The position numbers were made by a program, and so were the translations under genes. A stretch of DNA of 64,000 bases from assembly GCA_036725345.1 (NCBI GenBank), contig DAIMEJ010000003.1, positions 25,553 to 89,552 of the forward strand, in the 5' to 3' direction. Positions 38,588 to 46,785 of the stretch are shown here, piece by piece; the first letter of the stretch is position 1; each line of letters opens with the position of its first letter. The notes beneath the pieces were generated by a model that saw only the letters and a list, made by a program, of their open reading frames with translations, had not been told where the DNA came from and ran no database searches. The stretch comes from Syntrophales bacterium. Its GTDB lineage: Bacteria; Desulfobacterota; Syntrophia; Syntrophales; UBA2192.

Positions 38588-39541
38588 TTACATACCATTT
38601 TCCGGTGTGTGAGCGGTTGGAACCCCCTTCACATTCAGCTCCCGGGTCAAGAGATAACTGAACAGAAGTCCCAGAGTGAACGCGACCAGGAGACCCGTGA
38701 GCCTCAACAGCAACGACACGATGACCCCGTAGGCCGCGCCTACCCCGAACAGCCCGGAGGAGATTGCGACAATCACTTCCTGGATGCCGAAGTTTCCCGG
38801 TGTCAGGTTGATCAGGAGAGAAAAGGAAGCCAGCAAATACACGAGCAGTGAAAGATCGAACGGGACCTCCAGCCCGTAGGATCGATAGGCCGCCTGGTAC
38901 ATCACCCCGCCCAGGAGGATGTTCAGCAGGGCACAGAAGGACAGCCGGGAGACCAGGGCACGGTCCCCCCTGATATCCGACCATCCCCTGATCGCGTCGT
39001 TGATCCGGTGAATCAATCGGTTGTTCCATGTCAACTCCCGAAACGGGGTCAGCATCAGGCAGACGAGAATCAGCAGCGCAGCCAGAAACAGGCCGGTGAG
39101 TTCCCGGAAGTAGGTGAAGGGCCTGTGCAGGGCGATCAGAACCATGAGTCCCGACACACTGACCATGGTGAAATTGATCAGATAGCTTGCGGCCAGCGAT
39201 GTGCCGAACTGTGTGTAGGAAAAACCATGGCGACGTTTGAGATAAGCGGCACGGGCGATGAGCCCCCCTGAAAAGGGTGCGATGGCGTTGCCGAGGGTCG
39301 TCATGAATGAAAGGCCGAGCCACTCTCTGGTTTTCAGATGAATGCTGAATTTTGCGGCGATGATGCGCAATGCCACCCCGTTGACGACCAGGACGGCGCT
39401 CTGAAGACAAATCAGCAGCAGGATGAAGCGAAAGGAGATGCCCTGAAGGGCGGCAAGCGCATCCCTTTCCCGATAGAGGAAAACCGCCATCAAGATCAGG
39501 ACAAGCGTTATGCTGAAAACAGGCCATGCGATGCGCTTCAT
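38588..39541 (-). CDS. UPF0104/lysylphosphatidylglycerol-synthase TM family protein (putative lipid-linked sugar flippase)
   Basis: ~8 TM; LGNAIAPFSGG..RAAYL and TPGNFGIQE motifs. Confidence 0.75.
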   Translation of the reverse strand: MKRIAWPVFSITLVLILMAVFLYRERDALAALQGISFRFILLLICLQSAVLVVNGVALRIIAAKFSIHLKTREWLGLSFMTTLGNAIAPFSGGLIARAAYLKRRHGFSYTQFGTSLAASYLINFTMVSVSGLMVLIALHRPFTYFRELTGLFLAALLILVCLMLTPFRELTWNNRLIHRINDAIRGWSDIRGDRALVSRLSFCALLNILLGGVMYQAAYRSYGLEVPFDLSLLVYLLASFSLLINLTPGNFGIQEVIVAISSGLFGVGAAYGVIVSLLLRLTGLLVAFTLGLLFSYLLTRELNVKGVPTAHTPENGM

Positions 39542-40263
39542 CCCGTATCCTCGTCCTTTCGCACCTTCGCGGTTAAAAAAGCCGCGTGCCTTGGATCGAG
39601 TTTCGCGATTCCGGACGGCAGGGGAAAGTACCCGGAACCCTCAAGGCGGACCACTTTAAAGCCGTGAACCTCGAAGACGTCCCTGAGTCCGCGGTAGCCG
39701 AAAACCCGGTGGTGTTGCCAGCTCTTCGGGTTCGTCGCCGCTTCTCCATGATGAATGGCCAGTGGATTTCCAATTTGAAAACGCCTGCCGGAGATGTTGG
39801 ACAGGGAGAAAGGCTGCCACCCCAGGATGAGTGCGAAAATGTTGTGCCAGCTGCAGAGGTTTTCCGTGCACACAATCGCGTACCCCCCCGTCTTCAGGAC
39901 CCTGCGAATCTCCGCGATGAAATGGTCCGTGTCCGTGATGTGCTCGATGACCTGATTTGCGTGGAGGACGTCAAACGTGTTATCGGAAAACGGAAAGGCA
40001 TCGTTGAGGTCCGCCTGCCTGGCGTCGATCCCCCGTTGAAGGGCCAGGGCCCGTCTTTCCTCCACCACCTCGATGCCGAACAGTCGCGCTTTCCCCAGGC
40101 GGCTTCCCAGTTGCAGGGTCCACTCGCCGTCATCGCAGCCGCAGTCGAGGAGGAGCGCCGGGTCCGATGCGGGCTCGAGGCAGTCAAGGATGCACGTCCT
40201 GTAGTCCTCGACGGCGGCCTGCCGCATTTTATGCATTGCTCTTCTGACGGCTTCTCTCATCAT
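39538..40263 (-). CDS. Class I SAM-dependent methyltransferase
   Basis: LLDCGCDDG, GIE, ADLN, FDVLHANQVIEH, RVLKTGG; 4-nt overlap with next gene. Confidence 0.88.
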   Translation of the reverse strand: MMREAVRRAMHKMRQAAVEDYRTCILDCLEPASDPALLLDCGCDDGEWTLQLGSRLGKARLFGIEVVEERRALALQRGIDARQADLNDAFPFSDNTFDVLHANQVIEHITDTDHFIAEIRRVLKTGGYAIVCTENLCSWHNIFALILGWQPFSLSNISGRRFQIGNPLAIHHGEAATNPKSWQHHRVFGYRGLRDVFEVHGFKVVRLEGSGYFPLPSGIAKLDPRHAAFLTAKVRKDEDTG

Positions 40264-40296
40264 AAAACGCTGACGGGCCCGACCCCGTGAAGACCT

Positions 40297-41019
40297 TCAA
40301 GCACCGGGTGATGGGCCCGCTCCTTTCGTCAGCGGCCGGTGGGAGACCGCGATGCCGAGGCGTGAAACAAAAAAGTCACCTGCGGACGGGAGGTCCTTTA
40401 TCTTCCCTTCGATCACCCGCAACAGGGGGATGCAGGTTTCATAACGAATGACGTCTGTTGTCTGCAAGCCATGGCGTTCCACGAGGCGACGGTATTCCTC
40501 TTCGGTCCGCACGCCGACATGACCCGTCGTTTGCCTGAGGAGTCGGTTTCCGTGCTTCAGGCGCTCGATCCAGTGGCTTCGGCAGGGCGTAAAAAAAACG
40601 AATGTACCGTGCGTCCTGAGGAGCCGGGCCGCCTCTGAAAGAGCGCCTGCGAGGTGATCGTCCGAGAGGTGCTCCAGCACGTCGATGGCGATGATCTTGT
40701 CAAAGCTGTGATCATCGAAGAGGGTCAGCGAACAGATGTCCGCGACGGCGTATTGCACGTTATCCGGTGCTCCCATGGAACGGGCTTTTTCGATGGCGGC
40801 CGGCGAAAAATCCACACCGGCCACTTTTCGAACGCGGCCGGCGAGCCATCTCGTGTAATGGCCGCTGCCGCACCCGAGCTCCAGGACATCGTCCGCCGGC
40901 CCCGGCATGCAGAGCCTCTCGATCGTCTGCAGGCGTTGACGCTCCCGGAAGGCGTTATTGCCGAAGAGGCCGGGCCTGTTCAGCTTCTCGTAGTAGGCGC
41001 TGTCGTAAAGCGGTTTCAT
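40297..41019 (-). CDS. Class I SAM-dependent methyltransferase
   Basis: VLELGCGSG, GVDFS, ADI, FDKIIAIDVLEHL, LLRTHG; ATGA overlap with upstream GT2. Confidence 0.88.
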   Translation of the reverse strand: MKPLYDSAYYEKLNRPGLFGNNAFRERQRLQTIERLCMPGPADDVLELGCGSGHYTRWLAGRVRKVAGVDFSPAAIEKARSMGAPDNVQYAVADICSLTLFDDHSFDKIIAIDVLEHLSDDHLAGALSEAARLLRTHGTFVFFTPCRSHWIERLKHGNRLLRQTTGHVGVRTEEEYRRLVERHGLQTTDVIRYETCIPLLRVIEGKIKDLPSAGDFFVSRLGIAVSHRPLTKGAGPSPGA

Positions 41020-41996
41020 GAGTTTGATCCCGTCCCCCTGACCCATCCCGTCACCTGCCACTTCAGGATCCCGAGGCCGAAGGACAATACGACGGCAGGC
41101 AGACAAAAACCGACCACGAGGAGGTCCCTCCACGTCCTGCTCAGGTAGACAACCAGGCAGAGGAACCCCAGGGCCAGACCGGTCAGCACGGGGCCTTTCA
41201 GCACGGGCGAAAAAATGACCGCTGCCAGTGATAAAAGGATGAGGAACCAGATCAGAAGATAGAGGAAGAAGTATTTTCCTCCCGGGCGAAGATAGTAGTC
41301 GGCAAACCGGGGTCCGCGCTCGTACGTGTGAATCATGACGTCCCGGAAATCCGTCCTCGGCCGGTAGGTCACGCAAGCGGCATGGGTCTTCAGGATCGGC
41401 CGTTCCCCGACGATTTGTCTCAGGATCCGGGTATCGTCGTTGGTGTAACGGTCGATCTCGGGCAATTGACTTTTCAGCCACAGGGTGCGGTCGCAGATGA
41501 AATTTGTCGTTCCCTTCGGGACGCTGTCGAAATTATCGGGGGTGATGAAATATTCTTCGGTTTTATTCATGGTGTGGTAGTACTTCGAGTAGAGCCTGCA
41601 TCTGAGAAGATGAAAAAACCTGGCGAAGCCCCAGGGGCTCCCGTCATAAGCGTCGACGGCCGGCAGAAGGGGCTCGTAGTTTCGGCTGTGCACCTTCGCG
41701 AGCAGGTCCAACTCCGGGATGACCCGCGCATCGTTGAAGATCAGGGTTTCGAACCGGGCGGCCCGGGCGCCGGTGTTCCGCGCTACAATGCGGCCCTCGT
41801 TGGACTCCAGGTTGATCAAACGGACAGGGTAAGAGGCGGTAATCCGGGGCGTGGCGTCCGTCGAGCCGTCATTCACCACGATCACTTCGAACTGCTCCCG
41901 CGGGTAGGTTTGACCGACGAGCGCCTCCAGGCAGGTGCCGAGGGTATCCGCGCCGTTGAAAACGGGGACGATAATGGAGAAATTTTCAAGGCTCAT
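41016..41996 (-). CDS. Glycosyltransferase family 2 with C-terminal TM helices
   Basis: SIIVPVFN, VVNDGSTD, ARNTG, FNDAR (DxD region), DD-containing NDDTRI; hydrophobic C-term. Confidence 0.85.
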   Translation of the reverse strand: MSLENFSIIVPVFNGADTLGTCLEALVGQTYPREQFEVIVVNDGSTDATPRITASYPVRLINLESNEGRIVARNTGARAARFETLIFNDARVIPELDLLAKVHSRNYEPLLPAVDAYDGSPWGFARFFHLLRCRLYSKYYHTMNKTEEYFITPDNFDSVPKGTTNFICDRTLWLKSQLPEIDRYTNDDTRILRQIVGERPILKTHAACVTYRPRTDFRDVMIHTYERGPRFADYYLRPGGKYFFLYLLIWFLILLSLAAVIFSPVLKGPVLTGLALGFLCLVVYLSRTWRDLLVVGFCLPAVVLSFGLGILKWQVTGWVRGTGSNS

Positions 41997-42010
41997 CGCA
42001 CCTGACGCCT

Positions 42011-43105
42011 TCAGGCATAGGGTATAAGGTGGTCGACAATCACTTCGGACGGGTGGAGATCCTCAAAACGAGACCCGCTGCCGCGCCTCAGGGTGGGGAA
42101 GGAGCGCAAGAAATAGTCGACCTTCCCATCGTGGAAGCCGGCCAGAAAGACGTTGGTCCCCAGGCCTTCCGTCCGCTCGGTCCTGGCCCTCATGACGAGA
42201 CAGGGAATGTCGAGGTAATAGCTTTCCTCCTGGATGCTCCCCCCGTCCGTGACTATGAAATCGGCGCCGGCCAGCATGTCGAGGAACGTCAGATAAGGCT
42301 GTATGGGCATCAGTTCAATAGACGGGAGGTTCTCGAGTTTCGCGTAGAGGCCCCTGCGGACGAGCTGCTGTCGCGTCGGTTCATGGAGGACGAAGAGAAC
42401 CCTCCGTTCGCGTCCGATTCGTTCCAGAAGAGCGACGACGGTCTCGAGCCGGGACCTGGAGTATATCGTCTCCACCCTGTGGAGGGTGGCGACGACATAG
42501 GACCCGGCGGGCCGTGTCCCGCTGGTACGCGAGGCGGCAAAGCGAAGGGTGTCGACGATTGTATTGCCGCCGGCATGAATGGTTTTTCCCTCGAGATGCA
42601 TTTTCCTCAGGTTTTCACAGGCCCATTCCGAAGGGGCAAAAAGAATGTCGCTGTAACGCATGACGATGAGACGGATCATCTCCTCGGGGAAAGGGTCCAG
42701 GAGGTCAAAACTCCGGAGGCCAGCCTCCACGTGGGCCACCTTGATGCCGCAGCGCCTGGCGAAAAGAAGCGACAGCAGGGTGGTCATGGTGTCACCGTGA
42801 ATGAGGCAGACTCCCTTTTCGCCCCGGAAAACGTTTCTTCGGATGCCCTCCAGCCTCAACGCCGCACGACCGAGGCTCGCCCCCGTCCATGCGAGAGCCT
42901 CGGAGAGCCGGGTGATGCTCGTTTTTTCTCCCCGGAGACGGATGTCGGGCTCACGCAACCCGAAGGGTTCGATGAGGTCGCCGGTGATTCCCGCATGCTG
43001 CCCCGTGTCGATGAAGTTGAAGTGAACGGCCCGTCGATCCAGTTCACGCATGATGGGGGCCATCTTGATGAACTGGGCCTTCGTGCCGATCATGATGTGG
43101 ATCAT
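42011..43105 (-). CDS. UDP-N-acetylglucosamine 2-epimerase family protein (divergent, non-hydrolysing WecB-like)
   Basis: GTKAQFIKMAP, TGQH, HGDT, HVEAGLRS, PEE, TLHR, TDGGSIQEE. Confidence 0.82.
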   Translation of the reverse strand: MIHIMIGTKAQFIKMAPIMRELDRRAVHFNFIDTGQHAGITGDLIEPFGLREPDIRLRGEKTSITRLSEALAWTGASLGRAALRLEGIRRNVFRGEKGVCLIHGDTMTTLLSLLFARRCGIKVAHVEAGLRSFDLLDPFPEEMIRLIVMRYSDILFAPSEWACENLRKMHLEGKTIHAGGNTIVDTLRFAASRTSGTRPAGSYVVATLHRVETIYSRSRLETVVALLERIGRERRVLFVLHEPTRQQLVRRGLYAKLENLPSIELMPIQPYLTFLDMLAGADFIVTDGGSIQEESYYLDIPCLVMRARTERTEGLGTNVFLAGFHDGKVDYFLRSFPTLRRGSGSRFEDLHPSEVIVDHLIPYA

Positions 43106-43130
43106 AGGGACTATTCCCCAGTTCGAAAGC

Positions 43131-44075
43131 TCAGCCCTCCGGGGGCACGGGGCCCCTGCCCTCGCTGCGGTCGAAGCGCAGCTGCGCGACCTGTTCCGAG
43201 ACGAGGCCGACCATGAAGACCACGACGGCCATGGTCATCAGCATGGCGGAGGTGGGACCGTAGCGGCCGCCCAGGAAAAAGATCTTTACAAGACCCCAGG
43301 CGAATCCCGTGAGAAACATGGCGGCGCTGACGGGGATGAAAATTCTCAAGGGTGAAAACAGTGTGGCGATCTTCACGATGATCAGGAAAAACCTCGTACC
43401 GTCCCGCAGCAGCTTGATCTTGCTCCTCCCTTTTCGCTTCGCCGTCCGGATGGGGACGTAGGCCAGGCTGTGGCCGGAGCGGACAATGGCGAGCGTGATC
43501 GTCGTGGGGTAGGAAAAGGTGTTCGGAAGGAGGTAGACGAAGCGCCGCGCGATGACGGTCTTGATCGCCCGGAAGCCCGACGTCAGGTCTTCGATCTTCA
43601 TTCTGCAGATGTAGCTGGCGAAGAAGTTGTAGATCTTGTTGGCCGCATCCCTGTGAAGGCTCGTTTCCGAATCGTGTGTGCGCGCGCCCACGGCCATGTC
43701 GTAGGTCTCGAGCTTTTCGAGGAGCCGCGGGATGTCCTCGGGGTTGTGCTGCCCGTCGGCGTCGAGGATCACGAGGGCCTTTCCCCTGGCATTTCGAATG
43801 CCCGTTTTGACGGCGGCGCCGTTTCCGATGTTGTAGGGATGCGAAATCACCCGGGCGCCCGCCTGGCGGGCACTTTCGGCCGTTGCGTCGTGAGACCCGT
43901 CATCCACGACGATGATTTCATAGGACTGGTTTTGGCTGGCCATGACCTGTTGTATATTTGTTACAACCGTTGCAATTCCCTCCTTTTCGTTGTAGGCAGG
44001 AATGACGACGCTGACGGCCGGTATCGCATTTCTCGCTTCTGCTGCCAGGGAATGCATAATGGTCGTACTTTTCAT
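43131..44075 (-). CDS. Polyprenyl-phosphate glycosyltransferase (GT2, DPM1-like) with C-terminal TMs
   Basis: VVIPAYNE, VDDGSHD, GNGAAVKTG, LDADGQH, DLTSGFRA, SKIK; two TM at C-term. Confidence 0.88.
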   Translation of the reverse strand: MKSTTIMHSLAAEARNAIPAVSVVIPAYNEKEGIATVVTNIQQVMASQNQSYEIIVVDDGSHDATAESARQAGARVISHPYNIGNGAAVKTGIRNARGKALVILDADGQHNPEDIPRLLEKLETYDMAVGARTHDSETSLHRDAANKIYNFFASYICRMKIEDLTSGFRAIKTVIARRFVYLLPNTFSYPTTITLAIVRSGHSLAYVPIRTAKRKGRSKIKLLRDGTRFFLIIVKIATLFSPLRIFIPVSAAMFLTGFAWGLVKIFFLGGRYGPTSAMLMTMAVVVFMVGLVSEQVAQLRFDRSEGRGPVPPEG

Positions 44076-44160
44076 CAGGTCTATTACCCGTGGAAAAGGT
44101 AACAGGCGAACTGGGTTCCGTGATTCGGCAACTGCAATTTGACAATAATATTCAACTTAT

Positions 44161-44189
44161 ATGCCATAACATTCTTAATCATCTATAAT
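44161..44189 (+). promoter_or_regulatory. Putative sigma-70 promoter toward the ECF/minor pilin operon
   Basis: ATGCCA-17 nt-TATAAT in an AT-rich divergent intergenic region. Confidence 0.35.
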
Positions 44190-44559
44190 GGCTTCCCGTA
44201 AAATGCAAGATAAAAAGATTAATGAAATTGAGGATGTTCAACCGACGCAGGGCGCGTTTAAAAGCTTTTTCCGGAGTCAAAAAACCCTTGTCCGCTCAGA
44301 AGGGGCCATCTGGCGAGCATGGTGGGTAAGTAGTTAAATTTATGTGTAAATCATTGACTTTTGGTAATGTTTTTGCTCATCATCGAAGGGGGGCCCTTCA
44401 CCTCCCCGGTACTCCGACAGGCCGCTCTTCCGCTCGAGGGCTTTTTGTTCTGATTCACAGGGCTGAGGCATCGGCAATTTTAACGGACGGGGGAGACCGA
44501 GAACAGTTAAAGGCCCTCCGGCTGAGCCCCCTGTGACTTTTACCCTCGTTGAGTTGTAT

Positions 44560-45276
44560 ATGAATTGGAAGGAACAAGACGAGATCATCTCGAGGGTGCT
44601 AAAGGGCGACCGAAACGCCTACACCCTGGTGGTCAATCGGTATAAAGGCCCGATCTTCAACCTGGCCTATCGCATGACAGGCAGTTATCACGATGCCGAT
44701 GATCTCACGCAGGAAACTTTTTTGAAGGCCTACACGGCCCTCGGGAAGTTCAAGAGAGACAGAAAATTTTTCACCTGGCTTTACACGATCAGCCTCAACC
44801 TGATCCGGAACCATCACAGGAGGGCAAAGCCGGTGTCGGATCCCATGGAGGCCCTGTGCAGCGGCGAACCCGGCAGCGATTTCGAAAACCCGGAGGGAAG
44901 CGCCATCCGGGGGGAGGAAATCAAGCGGCTCGACATCTGCATGCGCAGACTGGCCCCGGATGTCCGGGAAGCCGTTGTCCTGAGGTTTCACCAGGGGCTG
45001 TCCTTTGAGGACATCGCGACGGTGAGCGGATGCTCCCTGAGCGGGGCAAAAATGAAAGTATACAGGGGTCTCGAGAAGCTGAGACTCCTGATGGACGAGA
45101 CGATAGGGGAAAGAAACCGCCATGACGAAAGAGGCAGAAATGACCACGGCGAGGGAGCACCTGGAGAAACGCATGGAGAGGGCCCTACTGGAGGAGCTTT
45201 CGCCGGAGGAAAGAGCCCTTCTGGAGAAGGACCTGCAGGGGGCGCCCGAGCTCCTCGCGAAGTGGAGAGATCTTGA
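44560..45276 (+). CDS. ECF RNA polymerase sigma factor
   Basis: DADDLTQETFLKAY, FFTWLYTISLNL..NH (region 2); REAVVLRF..GLSFEDIA...GAKMKVYRGLEKLR (region 4). Confidence 0.9.
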   Translation: MNWKEQDEIISRVLKGDRNAYTLVVNRYKGPIFNLAYRMTGSYHDADDLTQETFLKAYTALGKFKRDRKFFTWLYTISLNLIRNHHRRAKPVSDPMEALCSGEPGSDFENPEGSAIRGEEIKRLDICMRRLAPDVREAVVLRFHQGLSFEDIATVSGCSLSGAKMKVYRGLEKLRLLMDETIGERNRHDERGRNDHGEGAPGETHGEGPTGGAFAGGKSPSGEGPAGGARAPREVERS

Positions 45277-45850
45277 GAATGTCGTCTCCCTGGCCCGGCT
45301 GACGCCGCGGGTCGAGCCGCCCGCCGATCTCGACGCGCGGGTCATGACCCGGATCGAATCGCTCGAGCCGGCCCTCTGGACCCGCGTCAGGGCATTCCTC
45401 CTGCAGCCCGTCGACACGCGCATCGATTTCAAGAGGGCCTTCTCGGGTTCGGTGACAGGGAGCGAGTGTTCCTTCTACTTCATCATGGCCGGCCTTTATT
45501 TCCTGATCGTCGGCCTCATCCTGCTCTTCGGCCTCGGGAGGTTCGGCGGCGAGTGGCTGATGATGCGCTGGGTCAGGATGCAGCCCCACATCGCCCTCAC
45601 GACCGCCGCCTGGCTTGTCGTCCTGGGCATCTTCATCCTGAAGGACGGAGAGGTCGCGGCCAGGGTCGCCCGGATCGGGACCGTCGCCTACATCGCTCTT
45701 CTGATCCTGGATGCCGTGGCCATTCACATGACGGCGGGGTTCCCCCTCGCGCTTGTCTTTTTCTTCAGTTTCATAGGGACGGGCGTCGTGGCGGGGCTCT
45801 TCCTGGCAAAAATCATCTGGAACTACGGGAAAAACTATGCAGCCCTTTAG
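45122..45850 (+). CDS. Putative membrane anti-sigma factor
   Basis: N-terminal helical ASD-like segment (ELSPEERALLE...), VEPPADLDARVM, four C-terminal TM helices; directly after ECF sigma; start 45122 or 45140. Confidence 0.7.
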   Translation: MTKEAEMTTAREHLEKRMERALLEELSPEERALLEKDLQGAPELLAKWRDLENVVSLARLTPRVEPPADLDARVMTRIESLEPALWTRVRAFLLQPVDTRIDFKRAFSGSVTGSECSFYFIMAGLYFLIVGLILLFGLGRFGGEWLMMRWVRMQPHIALTTAAWLVVLGIFILKDGEVAARVARIGTVAYIALLILDAVAIHMTAGFPLALVFFFSFIGTGVVAGLFLAKIIWNYGKNYAAL

Positions 45851-46364
45851 ATTCAAAATGTCTCGACTGCCGGGGGGCAACAACCACGGCTTCACGATGA
45901 TCGAGGTCATCGCGGTCCTCCTCATCCTGGGGTTTCTCACCTTCACTGCTGTCTCGATGCTCTACCAGCCCGACAAGGTGGAGGTGCCGACGCAGATTGA
46001 AGTCCTGAAAAGCCACATCCGCTTTGCCCAGGCCGCGGCCCTGAACAGCAGCAATGACTGGGGCATCGAAGTCGATACAATCACAAGCACGACCTACGTT
46101 CTCTTCAAGATTCTGGACGATACGAGTCAAGATAAGACCTTTCCGGGGGAACAGTCCGAGACGGTGACCCTCCCCGCCGGTTTTACCCTGACATCCCCGG
46201 CTTCGGGTAATGTCCTCATTTTCGACACCTGGGGGGTTCCCTACGTAGGCACATCCAGGACCAAGCCGGACTCACCGGCAAGCACCGATCTCGTCTTCAC
46301 GCTTTCAAAGGGCGCCGAGAGCAAGACAGCCACGATCACGAAGAACACGGGGTATGTGCCATGA
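45837..46364 (+). CDS. Minor pilin (FimT/FimU-like)
   Basis: HG/FTMIEVIAVLLILG class III signal; FDTWGVP; Thr/Ser-rich. Confidence 0.85.
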   Translation: MQPFRFKMSRLPGGNNHGFTMIEVIAVLLILGFLTFTAVSMLYQPDKVEVPTQIEVLKSHIRFAQAAALNSSNDWGIEVDTITSTTYVLFKILDDTSQDKTFPGEQSETVTLPAGFTLTSPASGNVLIFDTWGVPYVGTSRTKPDSPASTDLVFTLSKGAESKTATITKNTGYVP

Positions 46365-46777
46365 TCGCTCAATGGAAAGGGGAGAAAAGACAGGGAGGAT
46401 TCACGCTCATCGAGGTGATCGTGACGATTATCGTCGCGTCCATCATGGGTGTTTTGCTCGTTCAGTTCATGGGGACGGCCATGTTCCGGAGCGGCGAGCC
46501 CCTTGTCCGCGTCCAGGACGTCTCGACGCTCAGGAACGTCCTCGAAAACATGACCTCCGACTACAAGTACCTGGCGGCCACGCGGGCCGATTTCCTATCC
46601 ACCTTCAAAGACCGGGTGGATACGGGGTATTACGGGACGGGCTACACGGCGACGACAAAATACATCGAATTCCCCACTGGGGGCGGGACGGAAATCGAGG
46701 ATTTTTCAGATCCCAAGCTTCTCAAGGTGACCGTTACGAAGGGAAACCAGAGCATTACAACGATTTTCGCCCGGTGA
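46361..46777 (+). CDS. Minor pilin (PilV-like)
   Basis: GG/FTLIEVIVTIIVASIMG class III signal; KVTVT C-terminal strand; 4-nt overlap with previous gene. Confidence 0.85.
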   Translation: MIAQWKGEKRQGGFTLIEVIVTIIVASIMGVLLVQFMGTAMFRSGEPLVRVQDVSTLRNVLENMTSDYKYLAATRADFLSTFKDRVDTGYYGTGYTATTKYIEFPTGGGTEIEDFSDPKLLKVTVTKGNQSITTIFAR

Positions 46778-46785
46778 GGTCCACG

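Noticed and set aside
44150-44166. Sigma-54 promoter for the glycosylation operon (minus strand TGGCATA-TAAG-TTGAA)
   Set aside because: The -12 dinucleotide is GA rather than the near-invariant GC; possible but unsupported
46354-46785. N-terminal 144 codons of the 1408-aa ORF-track call
   Set aside because: Overlaps the PilV-like gene in another frame; the real start is at 46786 or 46819 before the prepilin motif
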